A stretch of 38,080 bases of DNA from Lysobacteraceae bacterium (GCA_024710865.1 JANJTY010000363.1:1-38080); one strand, 5' to 3'; positions 17,681 through 26,400 are shown, counted from the first letter of the stretch. Translations and numbers: made by a program. Notes: generated by a model not told the origin, from the sequence alone.

Positions 17681-18544
17681 TCAGCCGTGCCTGGCCCGCC
17701 ACCAGGCGCGTGGCGCGGCGAACAGGAATCGCGACCAGATCGCCAGGGTCATGAGGGCTCGCGAGGCGGGCGGCAGGCCGGCCCAGGCAAAACGGCGAAA
17801 GTAGCGCTGCAGGCTTCGATGCTTCTGCCATTCGACCCAGACCGGCCGTCCAGTGCTGGAGGTCCCGCGCAGATGCACCACCCGCACCACGTTGGCGACG
17901 GCCACCCGCAGTCCCGCCTGGCGTACGCGTCGGCACAGGTCGAGGTCCTCGGCGTGCAGGCGATAGGCGGCATCGAATCCGCCGACATTCAGGTAGGCCG
18001 CGCGCGGCAGCATCATCAAGGCGCCGGAGGTCGCATCGACCTCCTGCAGCGGTTGCGCGTCGTCGGGCGCGATCGCGACGCCGCGCGAGCTGCCCATGGC
18101 GCGAAGCAGCTGACGCGGATCGGGATCGCTGCGACGCACCGCGGGGTCGCGGTTTCCGTCGACGTCGACCAGGTCCGCTCCGAGCAGGCCGATGCTCGGG
18201 TTGTCGTCACCGAGTCGGCGCAGCCTGGCGAGGCTGCCGGGCTCGACCAGGCAATCCGGATTGACGAAGGCCAGCCAGGGTGCGCCACTTCCGACCTCGA
18301 CGCCGCGGTTGCAGGCAGTCGCGAACCCAGGATTGTCGGCGAAGTGCAGCAGGCGCACGCGCGCATCGAGCGCAGCCTGCTCCTCGGCGATGGCCAGCGA
18401 GGCGTCCTCGGAGCCGTTGTCGACCACCACGACACTTGCGACCTCGCGCGCGCGGCGCAGGCGCTCGATGCACTCGCGCAGGCTGGCGCCGCTGTTATAG
18501 GCGACCACCACCACGTCGATGGCCGGGCCTCCGGCCGCTTGCAT
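17681..18544 (-). CDS. Family-2 glycosyltransferase (rhamnosyltransferase/WbbL-like)
   Basis: 287 aa. GT-A signatures are VVVVAYNSG..L, VVVDNGSEDAS, NPGFATACN, NPD and the acceptor-side GALMM..R. It is the last gene of the O-antigen operon. Confidence 0.85.
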   Translation of the reverse strand: MQAAGGPAIDVVVVAYNSGASLRECIERLRRAREVASVVVVDNGSEDASLAIAEEQAALDARVRLLHFADNPGFATACNRGVEVGSGAPWLAFVNPDCLVEPGSLARLRRLGDDNPSIGLLGADLVDVDGNRDPAVRRSDPDPRQLLRAMGSSRGVAIAPDDAQPLQEVDATSGALMMLPRAAYLNVGGFDAAYRLHAEDLDLCRRVRQAGLRVAVANVVRVVHLRGTSSTGRPVWVEWQKHRSLQRYFRRFAWAGLPPASRALMTLAIWSRFLFAAPRAWWRARHG

Positions 18545-18545
18545 G

Positions 18546-20390
18546 TCAGAGCGCCGCAGTCAGGCGCGCGTGCTGGGCGCGCGCGGCGTCGAAGGCCTGC
18601 GGCCAGCGCTCCAGGCCGGCCGCGAGGGTTTCGGCTTCCATGCGGAAACGCTGCACGCAGGCCGATTCGTCGAGATCCTCAGGCCAGCCAGCGAAGCGCG
18701 GTGCGCCGCGCTCCAGGATGGCGCGGCCATTGCGCTCGACCAGGCCGCGCAGGTCCGCGGCCCAATAGAGGGGAGGGTCCTTGGCCGTGGCCAGGGCCTG
18801 CTGCAGGGCGTGGACCACGGTGGTGCGCAGGTATGTGAGGTACTCGCGCAGGTAGTTGGCCGACGCGGTTTCGTCCGCTGCGACCAGGTCGCGCAGCCTG
18901 CCCGCTGCCGCACCGAGGCGCCGGCCGGGGTCGTGCGCGTGGACTTCGCTGGCGATGTGGCGCGCGAACTCGGCCAGGCAGAGGTTGATGTCCGGCGTTT
19001 CCGCCCGCTGCATCGCAGCCTGGCGCTCGCGTCCGGCCTCCTGCAGGTGGCCGACGCTGAACGGGGTTTCGAGCGCGACCGCGTCGCGGTGGGCAAGCGA
19101 GACCAGGGCCCCGAACAGCGCGTCCTCGCTGCGGCCGAACGGACTGGTGCAGGGCATCAGCTCGGCGTTGTCAACCATGAAGGGCGTGAAGTTGTTGGCG
19201 ACGCTGGCGCGAAAGGCGCGGGCGCCGTACCACACGGCCGGATCCTTGATGCCGCGCAGGTAGGTGTCGCGGTCAGCCACCAGGCCGGCGCGCGCCACCG
19301 GCGGCAAGGCCAGCAGCCAGGCCATGCCGGAGGCACCGGCGCTGCCGCGGTGGCCGTTCAGGGTCAGGCGGGCGCGACGCTCGGGGTCGAGGCTGGCAAG
19401 TCGGCCGTAGTTGAGGCCGCGCAGCTGCGGCTCGATCACGGCGAGGTCGCCGCCGCGCGCCGTGATCGGACCGAGGCGCTGGCCGCAGAGCCCCAGGTGC
19501 AGGGCCACCGGGTCGGTCTCGATCGGATTGCCAGCGGCGAGCGCCGCCTCGCGCGAGGCGAAGGTGCGCGGCGCCACGCCCCCGGCGAAATGCAGTCCCG
19601 GTTCGAAGTCGGGGTGGCGGCGCAGGTCGAAAACGAAATCGTCGTCCAGCAAGGCGTAACGCTGACCCGCAGTCAGCAGGGTGAGCAGGTTCTTGCCGAT
19701 GCCGCCGCCGCGCGGCGTGGCATCCTGCGCGCCGCGCTGCAGCAGCGGGCGCAGGGCTTCGCCGCCCGGCACCTCGCGCAGGAGGCGATCGACGATCCCG
19801 TCCCAGGCCTCGCGTGCGACCAGATGGGCGCGCAGGCCGCCAGCCTGGGCGAACTCGCGCAGCAGGCGCTGGTGCTCGCGCACCGACTCGTTCAGGCGGG
19901 AATCGTCCAGCACCACGTAGCGGTGGCCGGGCGAGAAGCGACGCTCGTAGTCGAGCAGGCTGGCGAGCAGGCGCTGCAGCTGCGCCGGCCGGTCGCAGGC
20001 GCGGATGCAGATGCCGAAGAACGGCGCCGGATCGAGCGCCGCGGTCGCGGCGAAACGCTGCTCCAGGTCGGGGGCGGACACCAGCAGGCCACCGCGCAGC
20101 AGGCCTTCGAGCACGCGCCGCACGCCCTCGTTCTGCCCGCGCAGACCCTCGATGCCCGCCGCGACCCGCGCCACGTGCTCGTCCAGGCTGCGGAACTCGC
20201 GGCACAGGTTCAGCGCCTGCAACACCTGGTCGGTCATCACGTGGCTCTTCCCCGTGGCCGGCACGAAGAAGATCACCTCGCCATTGGCGAGCGAACTGGC
20301 GCGCCCGTCGACCGAGGCGTACAGCGGACCCGGCGGCGGCTTGGGTGGGGCGCCATAGGTCTGGGTGCCGAGATCGATCGAGAATTCCAT
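18546..20390 (-). CDS. Large hypothetical protein with a possible central GT-A-like segment
   Basis: 614 aa, ATG start, very high GC3 in this frame, whereas the antisense 663-aa ORF looks like a mirror artefact. GT-A-like strings are FGICIRACDRPAQLQRLL, YVVLDDS and YALLDDDFVF. No family was recognised for the N-terminal ~120 aa or the C-terminal ~250 aa. Confidence 0.65.
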   Translation of the reverse strand: MEFSIDLGTQTYGAPPKPPPGPLYASVDGRASSLANGEVIFFVPATGKSHVMTDQVLQALNLCREFRSLDEHVARVAAGIEGLRGQNEGVRRVLEGLLRGGLLVSAPDLEQRFAATAALDPAPFFGICIRACDRPAQLQRLLASLLDYERRFSPGHRYVVLDDSRLNESVREHQRLLREFAQAGGLRAHLVAREAWDGIVDRLLREVPGGEALRPLLQRGAQDATPRGGGIGKNLLTLLTAGQRYALLDDDFVFDLRRHPDFEPGLHFAGGVAPRTFASREAALAAGNPIETDPVALHLGLCGQRLGPITARGGDLAVIEPQLRGLNYGRLASLDPERRARLTLNGHRGSAGASGMAWLLALPPVARAGLVADRDTYLRGIKDPAVWYGARAFRASVANNFTPFMVDNAELMPCTSPFGRSEDALFGALVSLAHRDAVALETPFSVGHLQEAGRERQAAMQRAETPDINLCLAEFARHIASEVHAHDPGRRLGAAAGRLRDLVAADETASANYLREYLTYLRTTVVHALQQALATAKDPPLYWAADLRGLVERNGRAILERGAPRFAGWPEDLDESACVQRFRMEAETLAAGLERWPQAFDAARAQHARLTAAL

Positions 20391-20413
20391 GGTGAACTTC
20401 CGCGCGTAAGGGG

Positions 20414-21253
20414 TTACTCGCCGAGGAGCGCGCGCAGTGCGGCGACTTCGGCTTCAAGTTCGAGGATGCGCTGGCCCGCGGCCATGTTCTTGCGCACTTC
20501 GTGGTCGTAGTGGCTGTAGACGCTCTCGTCCGCGTCGCCGAACAGCGCCAGCGCCGGCAGCTCGGGCGGCAGGTCACGGCGGCCGCAGACCGCGACAAAA
20601 TACAGCGGCGCGTAGTGCAGTCCGACCCGTGGCTCGCCGCCCTCCAAGGTCACGGCCTGCACGCCGCCTTCGCCCTCATCCAGCGCCCACAGCGCGGACT
20701 GGAACAGCAGCTTCTGGCCGTACAGGCGACGTCGCGCGAAGCGCGCCGCGAGCAGGGCCTCGAACTCATCGCGGTAGAGCTCGCGCACATGGAACTCGTT
20801 GCGGTAGCCGCGCAGATCGGAATACGTGCGCTTGTCGGGCGAGGAGATCACCAGCAGGCCATCGTCGCTGAGCAGGCGTACGAAACCGTCGAGCATCCGC
20901 TCCTGCGCTTCCACGTGCTCGAGCGTCTCGATGCTGACGATGAGGTCGAAGGCGCGGTCCGGCAGGTGGTCGAGCGCGGTGCAGTCGGCCTGGGCGAAGC
21001 GCAGCCCGTCGCGCACGTAGCGGCGGCCAGCGTGCGCCACGGCGGCCGGATCGATATCCAGCCCGAGCACACTGTGGGCGGCGCCAGCCAGCAGGGCGCT
21101 GCCGTAGCCTTCCCCGCAGGCGGCGTCGAGCACGCGGCGGCCGCGTGCCAGCGGCAGGGCGAAGGCATAGCGCGCCCAGTGCTCGTAGCGGATCTCGCGC
21201 ACGCACTCGGGCGTGAAGCGCTCGCCAGTGAATTCGAGGACGGGTTCAGACAT
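20414..21253 (-). CDS. Class I SAM-dependent methyltransferase with a short C-terminal coiled-coil
   Basis: 279 aa from ATG 21253 (MSEPVLEF...). SAM motif I is VLDAACGEGYGS, followed by post-I LGLDID and motif II/III LIVSIETLEHV. The C-terminus QRILELEAEVAALRALLGE is heptad-like. It overlaps the upstream GT2 stop by 8 nt. Confidence 0.85.
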   Translation of the reverse strand: MSEPVLEFTGERFTPECVREIRYEHWARYAFALPLARGRRVLDAACGEGYGSALLAGAAHSVLGLDIDPAAVAHAGRRYVRDGLRFAQADCTALDHLPDRAFDLIVSIETLEHVEAQERMLDGFVRLLSDDGLLVISSPDKRTYSDLRGYRNEFHVRELYRDEFEALLAARFARRRLYGQKLLFQSALWALDEGEGGVQAVTLEGGEPRVGLHYAPLYFVAVCGRRDLPPELPALALFGDADESVYSHYDHEVRKNMAAGQRILELEAEVAALRALLGE

Positions 21254-22109
21254 GGGTAGCCGAGGGAAACAGGGAAGGCTGCCAGCCGCTGGCCAGGCGG
21301 TCCAGGCTCTCGGCGAGGCGCAGGCGGAGGCCGCGCAGGGGGTCTTCCAGGATGAAGCGCGCGATACGCTCATTGTAGCCGGGGTAGCGCGCGTTCAGGC
21401 GTGCCAGGGCTTCGCCGCCCGGCTTGAGGCCCAGCGGGCCGAAGCTGGCACTGCCGCGGTGCAGCACGTAGGCGTCGTCGCACAGCACGTGGCGCCAGCC
21501 GTGCGCGGCGGCGCGCAGGCACCAGTCGTTCTCCTCCCCGTAGCCGCGCCCGAAGCTGGCGCGGTCGAAATCGCCGACCGCGTCGAGTGCGGCGCGGCGC
21601 AGGTACATGCAGAAGCCCACCGCGGTCGGCAGCTCCGGGTAGCGCGGCGGACCGGCCTCGCGCGCGGCGCGCGCGATCAGTTCCGCATCGAGTGGCGGAG
21701 GCGCAGCGCGGCACAGATCGGGAAAGCTGCAGATCTCGGCGTTGTTCGACCAGGGCGTGATGCTGGCGATGCGCGCATCGGCCGCGGCGCAGGCGGCGAT
21801 GCGATCAAGCCAGCCGGGGGTGGTCTCGGTATCGGAGTTGAGCAGGACCACATCGCGCGGCCCAACGTCGCGCATCGCCTGGTTGCAGTTGCCAACGAAG
21901 CCTAGGTTTTCAGGTCGGCGTTCGATGCGCACGCTGCAGCGCGCGCGCCGCGCGAAGGCATCGAGGATGGGTCCGACCGCCGGATCGGTGGAGGCATCAT
22001 CGGCGATCAACACCGCATCGGCCGGTTTGAGCGTGCGCAGCAGGCTGCCGAGGCAGGCGTCCAACGCTTCGGGCGCATTGAACACAGGCACGATCACGAA
22101 CGGGTTCAT
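21246..22109 (-). CDS. Family-2 glycosyltransferase
   Basis: 287 aa from ATG 22109 (MNPFVIVPVFNAPEAL). Further motifs are LIADDASTDP, LNSDT and GFCMYLRR. The ATGA start overlaps the wzt stop. The upstream part of tracked ORF 21246..22742 is discarded. Confidence 0.85.
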   Translation of the reverse strand: MNPFVIVPVFNAPEALDACLGSLLRTLKPADAVLIADDASTDPAVGPILDAFARRARCSVRIERRPENLGFVGNCNQAMRDVGPRDVVLLNSDTETTPGWLDRIAACAAADARIASITPWSNNAEICSFPDLCRAAPPPLDAELIARAAREAGPPRYPELPTAVGFCMYLRRAALDAVGDFDRASFGRGYGEENDWCLRAAAHGWRHVLCDDAYVLHRGSASFGPLGLKPGGEALARLNARYPGYNERIARFILEDPLRGLRLRLAESLDRLASGWQPSLFPSATHV

Positions 22110-23293
22110 GCGCCCTCCCCGCCCCAGCGGTGCGGCAGACGCACGATGCCCAGCTCGCGCGAAGCGCCGCGCACCATCAGTCCGCGGTCGACGGTATCGA
22201 ACAGACGCAGGCCTTCGGGGTCGAGCACGTGCAGCTTGAGCTGGTAGCCGCCGGGCAGCAGGGCCTCGGTCTCGATGCGGCAGCGGAAACGGAAGTGCGT
22301 CGCGTCCGCCCGCACGCCGCCCGCGCCGTCGATCTCGGTGCTGGTTCCGTACACCGGGGTTCCGTCCGCCCGCAGCAGACCGAAACCGAAGCGCGGCTCG
22401 CGTCCATCCGGCGAGTAGACCTCGACCTCGAATGCGATCGCCTCGCCTGGCGCCAGGGTGCGGGTGGCGGCGTCTTCGCTGCCGTTCAAGCGCACCGACG
22501 CGATGCGGTAGTCGGCGCCACTGTAGCCCGGATCGCGCTCCGGCCCGCTCTCGCGCAGGCTCTTTCGCTCGTGGTACGCGAGGTAGTCCTGGGTCACTTC
22601 GAACACATCGCCGCAGGCCCTGGCACGTCCGTCCTGCAGCCAGAGCGCCTGCCGGCACAGCTTCTGGACGTGGTACATGGAATGACTGACCAGCAGCAGG
22701 GTTCCGCCACCCTCCAGATAGTCCTCCATCCAGCGGATGCACTTCTTCTGGAAGCTCTCGTCGCCCACCGCCAGCACCTCGTCGGTGATCAGCAGGTCAG
22801 GGCGCCGTGCCGCGACGAGGGCGAACCCCAGGCGAACGACCATGCCGGAGGAGTAGTGCTTCACCGGTTCGTCGATGTAGCGACCGATGTCGGCGAAGGC
22901 GATGATGCCGTCCAGTTTGTCCTCGAACTCCGCCCCGCCCATGCCCATCAGCCGCGCGGCAGTCTCGAGGTTGCGGCGGCCGCTGTACTCGGGGTCGAAT
23001 CCCGCGCCCAGCTCAAGCAGGGCGCCGACCGAGCCGCGCCGCTCGACGCTCCCGGTCGAAGGCGTGAGCACGCCGCAGATGAGCTTCAGCAGGGTCGACT
23101 TGCCGGCGCCGTTCTCGCCGATGATGCCGAGCGACTGCCCGGGGTCGATCGAAAAGTCGATGCCCTGCAGCACGGGCTCGCGCCGCAGCGGCCGTCCCAT
23201 CAGGGTGCGGACGAAGGCGCCCGCGCGTGCCACCGCGCTGCTGCCAGCGGGATAGTGCTTGCCCAGTCCCTCGACACGCAGCAGCGCACTCAC
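22106..23293 (-). CDS. wzt: O-antigen/polysaccharide ABC exporter ATP-binding protein Wzt with a C-terminal glycan-binding-type domain
   Basis: 395 aa with a GTG start. Walker A is GENGAGKST, the ABC signature is YSSGM, and Walker B is LLITDE. A ~150-aa beta-rich C-terminal extension starts about RIASVRLNG. GTGA overlaps the wzm stop. Confidence 0.9.
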   Translation of the reverse strand: MSALLRVEGLGKHYPAGSSAVARAGAFVRTLMGRPLRREPVLQGIDFSIDPGQSLGIIGENGAGKSTLLKLICGVLTPSTGSVERRGSVGALLELGAGFDPEYSGRRNLETAARLMGMGGAEFEDKLDGIIAFADIGRYIDEPVKHYSSGMVVRLGFALVAARRPDLLITDEVLAVGDESFQKKCIRWMEDYLEGGGTLLLVSHSMYHVQKLCRQALWLQDGRARACGDVFEVTQDYLAYHERKSLRESGPERDPGYSGADYRIASVRLNGSEDAATRTLAPGEAIAFEVEVYSPDGREPRFGFGLLRADGTPVYGTSTEIDGAGGVRADATHFRFRCRIETEALLPGGYQLKLHVLDPEGLRLFDTVDRGLMVRGASRELGIVRLPHRWGGEGA

Positions 23294-24075
23294 AGGAAAT
23301 CCTCGATCGCCGGCCGGCAGCGACGGTGCACGAAGACCCCGAGCAGGACCAAGACGCCGGCACCGGCAGCCATGGCCAGCCAGGGCACGTCGCCGGTGGT
23401 CCCCAGCAGCAGATGGCGATGCGCTTCAACCATGCCGGTCATCGGATTCAGATCGAGCGCCGGCTGGAGCCAGTCGGGCACCATGTCGCGCGCGTAGATG
23501 ATCGGCGTCAGGAAGAACCAGAGCGAGAGCGCCAGACCCAGTGCCTGTGCCAGGTCGCGGATGAAGACCTGGGCCGAAGCGACGAGCAGGGCCATCCCGG
23601 CGGCGAGCGCCAGCAGCGGCACCCACAGCGCGATCACGGCAGGAAGCCAGGTCCAGTCGATGCGGACGCCGAGCAGGCCAAGCATGAGCAGTACGGCAAG
23701 GAATCCAAGCCCGTGCAGGAGAAAGGCCGCCAGCACGCGGGCGATCACCAGGGCGGACAACGAGACCGCGACCTTGCGCACCAGGCCGGCATGTTCGACG
23801 TAGGTGCTGGCGCCACGCGCGATCGACTCGCTGAGGGCAAACCAGGGCCAGAAGCCCAAAGCAAGGAAGGCTACGTACCCCAAACCCTCAAGGCCCGGAA
23901 TCCGGGCCTTGAAGATCTGCGCAAAGACCAGGTAGAAGATCGCCAGTTGCAGCAAGGGCGCGAGCAGTGCCCAGAGCAGCCCACCCACATTGCCCTCGAA
24001 GCGCGCAGCGAGATCCTGGCGGGCGAACAGCCGGCAGAGCTGCACCCAGCGCTGCAATCGGCCCTGCATGCTCAA
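23290..24075 (-). CDS. wzm: ABC-2 type polysaccharide exporter permease Wzm
   Basis: 261 aa with about six TM helices. The ABC-2 N-terminal pattern is L......R....RF.G...G..W....PL. The start is TTG 24075 or ATG 24069. It pairs with wzt. Confidence 0.88.
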   Translation of the reverse strand: MSMQGRLQRWVQLCRLFARQDLAARFEGNVGGLLWALLAPLLQLAIFYLVFAQIFKARIPGLEGLGYVAFLALGFWPWFALSESIARGASTYVEHAGLVRKVAVSLSALVIARVLAAFLLHGLGFLAVLLMLGLLGVRIDWTWLPAVIALWVPLLALAAGMALLVASAQVFIRDLAQALGLALSLWFFLTPIIYARDMVPDWLQPALDLNPMTGMVEAHRHLLLGTTGDVPWLAMAAGAGVLVLLGVFVHRRCRPAIEDFL

Positions 24076-25064
24076 TCGGCGTTCTGCCGCTGCTTCATGA
24101 GTTCTTCCCGGTGCTGGCGGATGGCTTCCACCGGCGGCACGCCGCCGGGTGCGTAGCGCCCACGCAGCGAGACCAGCAGGTCGGGATCGAGCTGAAACGT
24201 CTCGCCCTGGAATTCCGACAGGTGCTGCTCGCGCGCGCGCTTGCGGAAGTCTTCGCGCAGCTCGGCGACGATGGCGTCGCGCACCGTCTCAAAGGGCCGA
24301 ACGCGGGCCTCGCGGCGCTCCTCCAGTCGAATGACGTGGAAGCCGAAGTCGCTGCGGACCACCTCGGACAACTGACCGGGCTTGGCAAGGGCGAAGGCCG
24401 CCTCCTCGAAGGCAGGCGAAGTCTGGTTCGGCATCACGTTGCGCAGCAGGCCACCGTTGGAGCGTCCGGCTTCGGTGTCCTCCGAATAGTTCTCGACCAG
24501 GTTGGCGAAGTCCTCTCCTGCGCGCGCCTTCACCAGAACCGATTCGGCGATCTCGCGCGCCTTGGCCTCGCCGTGCTTCTCGACCGTCACCAGCACGTGG
24601 CGCACGTCGACGCTGGCCGGCACGGAGAAGCGGTCCGGCGTCGCCATGTAGCGCTCGCGCGCCAGCGGCTCGAAATCGGGCTCCTGCTGCTGCCGGGCCC
24701 ACTGGTCCAGGTAGCGACGCGCAAGAGCACGGTCCAGTGCCAGGCGGATCTGGGCCGCAACCACCGGGTCCTGGTCGAGCCCGAGTTCGCGCGCGCGTTC
24801 GGCCAGCTGCCGATCCATGATCAGGCCTTCGAGCAGGCGCTCGATGTTGCGCGGACTGTCCATGTAGTTGGCGCGCTTGTCGAACGGAATGCTTTCAACG
24901 GCTGCGTCGATGTCGTGCAGGGTGATGGTCGCGGCACCCCGCTTGACGACCACCTTGTCGGCGTCGGCGCCTTCGCCGGGGGCGGATTCAGCGGCGGCGC
25001 AGGGTGCAGCGATGAATAGAACGGTAACGGCAAGAGGTAGCAACGACTTCATGAACGGGCTCAT
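24072..25064 (-). CDS. Periplasmic parvulin-type peptidyl-prolyl isomerase (SurA/PpiD-like)
   Basis: About 330 aa. The Sec signal is MKSLLPLAVTVLFIAAPCAAA. The rotamase domain is V.VRHVLV.........A...A......AG.DFA.L...YSED......GG.L........P.F...AF.L..G..S..V.S.FGFH.I.L. The start is uncertain: ATG 25064, ATG 25052 or GTG 25088. Confidence 0.85.
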   Translation of the reverse strand: MSPFMKSLLPLAVTVLFIAAPCAAAESAPGEGADADKVVVKRGAATITLHDIDAAVESIPFDKRANYMDSPRNIERLLEGLIMDRQLAERARELGLDQDPVVAAQIRLALDRALARRYLDQWARQQQEPDFEPLARERYMATPDRFSVPASVDVRHVLVTVEKHGEAKAREIAESVLVKARAGEDFANLVENYSEDTEAGRSNGGLLRNVMPNQTSPAFEEAAFALAKPGQLSEVVRSDFGFHVIRLEERREARVRPFETVRDAIVAELREDFRKRAREQHLSEFQGETFQLDPDLLVSLRGRYAPGGVPPVEAIRQHREELMKQRQNAD

Positions 25065-25094
25065 TCTCGGTTGGGTGTCGGCGCCCACAAAGGC

Positions 25095-25118
25095 GCATGG
25101 CCCCTCGCGGGGCCATGC
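25095..25118 (-). terminator. Stem-loop downstream of the 370-aa gene
   Basis: A perfect 10-bp stem GCATGGCCCC / GGGGCCATGC with a 4-nt loop. On the minus strand it is followed by GCCTTTGTGGG, a weak U-tract. It lies 50 nt after the stop at 25168. Confidence 0.45.
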
Positions 25119-25167
25119 TTCGACTGCTAATGGGACGATTGGTTCTGAATGACGCGCGCTGCGCCAA

Positions 25168-26280
25168 TCAGTTCAAGTTGGGCTGGAAGTTGGCTTCGCA
25201 CTTCGTGCCGGTTTCGCAGGAGATCGAGGGCGACTCCGACGTCGGATCCGCGAACAGGATATTGACGTAGTACTGCTTGCCCGCCTCGATCGCGCAGGTC
25301 GACGTGGACGATGCCGCTAGGGTGGTGTTGAAGTTGATGTTGTTCTTCTGGCCGGCCCGGCGGCAGCCGCGCTTGAGCGAATCGTCGCTGCTCTGGTTGT
25401 TTTCCTTGCGGAAATCGCCCCTGCACTTGCGGATCGTCACGTAGACGGCGTGTGCGGGGCGAGCAGCGAAGTAGCCGACAAGCGCAACGGCCTGCGCCTC
25501 GGCCCAGTCGAGCTTGTAGTTCTGGCCAGCAACCGGCGTGAACGGGATCACGATGTAGTTGTTGGAGACCGACTGGTCGTTGATCGTGCGCGATCCGATC
25601 GGGTGCAGGTAGGTGGTCGGCGTGAAGAACTGCGTGTTGTTGAAGGCGCTCGACCAGGACACGACACGCTCGGTATAGCCGGCAGGGGTGTACCAGGGGT
25701 CGGCGAGATTCGGGTCGATCGTGCAGCCGGGGTCAATCACCACGTCGGATTCTTCCACGGTGATGCTCGCCGTGCGCAGCGGTGATGCACCGCCCTCGTT
25801 CCAGCAGCGCAGCGCAAGGTTGTAGTTGCCTGGCGTGGTGAAGGTGAGATCCTGGTTGCTGCCGCCGACGCTCTTCAGCTTCACGTCGGTGGACGTTCCC
25901 GTCCAGGCGCTCAGCGCGGGGCTGCCGCCGGGAATGCTGGGCAAGCAGATCTGCGGGGTGTTTCCGGTCGTCCAGGTCAGCCGGCTGGTCTCGCCAGCCT
26001 TGATCGTCAGCGGGGAGGCGCTGAGCGACAGCGTAGGTGCTGCGGTGCTCGGACCCGTCGTCATGCCCTTGCACACGGTTGTGCCGGTCTCAAGCTCGCA
26101 GCTCGCGACGAGATTTCCGTTCTCGTCGAACTGGATCTGCGAGTTGTTGAGTATCGGCACCTGCACCGGTCCGGCGGTGGTGCTGGTGTTTTGGAACTGG
26201 ATGGATGTGGACTGGGCGGCGGCTCCGATCGGAACCAGCGCCGCCGCCATCATGGCGAGGGCAAGGCGGGTGCGTGTCAT
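25168..26280 (-). CDS. Secreted Cys-rich hypothetical protein (N-terminal Ig-like segment plus unknown C-terminal domain)
   Basis: 370 aa from ATG 26280, with GGAG 7 nt upstream. The Sec signal is MTRTRLALAMMAAALVPIGAAAQS. It has ten Cys. Residues ~75-160 read like a bacterial Ig-like module (LSASPLTIKAGETSRLTWTTGNT..C...WTGT......LTFTTPGNYNLALRCWNEGG). It is Asn/Thr/Ser-rich and lower in G+C than the flanks. Confidence 0.75.
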   Translation of the reverse strand: MTRTRLALAMMAAALVPIGAAAQSTSIQFQNTSTTAGPVQVPILNNSQIQFDENGNLVASCELETGTTVCKGMTTGPSTAAPTLSLSASPLTIKAGETSRLTWTTGNTPQICLPSIPGGSPALSAWTGTSTDVKLKSVGGSNQDLTFTTPGNYNLALRCWNEGGASPLRTASITVEESDVVIDPGCTIDPNLADPWYTPAGYTERVVSWSSAFNNTQFFTPTTYLHPIGSRTINDQSVSNNYIVIPFTPVAGQNYKLDWAEAQAVALVGYFAARPAHAVYVTIRKCRGDFRKENNQSSDDSLKRGCRRAGQKNNINFNTTLAASSTSTCAIEAGKQYYVNILFADPTSESPSISCETGTKCEANFQPNLN

Positions 26281-26320
26281 GGTGACTCCGTTGGGCGGGC
26301 GCTGTAATAGTTGTCCCTGC

Positions 26321-26349
26321 ATTGTCCGCCCGCTGGCGGAGAGCGTCAA
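26321..26349 (-). promoter_or_regulatory. Putative sigma70 promoter of the 370-aa gene
   Basis: On the minus strand: TTGACG (26349..26344), a 17-nt spacer, GACAAT (26326..26321). It sits ~40 nt upstream of ATG 26280 and immediately downstream of the 568-aa gene terminator. Confidence 0.35.
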
Positions 26350-26375
26350 CGCCGTGTTCTAAATCACTCCTGAAC

Positions 26376-26400
26376 AAAAAGGGGCCCCTTTCGGGGCCCC
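26376..26400 (-). terminator. Rho-independent terminator of the 568-aa gene
   Basis: GGGGCCCC (26393-26400) and GGGGCCCC (26381-26388) form a perfect 8-bp GC stem with a 4-nt loop. On the minus strand a TTTTT run follows (26380..26376). It lies 31 nt after the TAA stop. Confidence 0.8.

Noticed and set aside
18519-20510. 663-aa ORF on the plus strand, opposite the 614-aa orphan
   Set aside because: The minus-strand frame has near-saturated GC3 and normal protein composition (K, F, Y, N, W present), and it is tightly coupled to the flanking minus-strand genes. The plus-strand product is an Arg/Gly/Ala/Gln-rich artefact.
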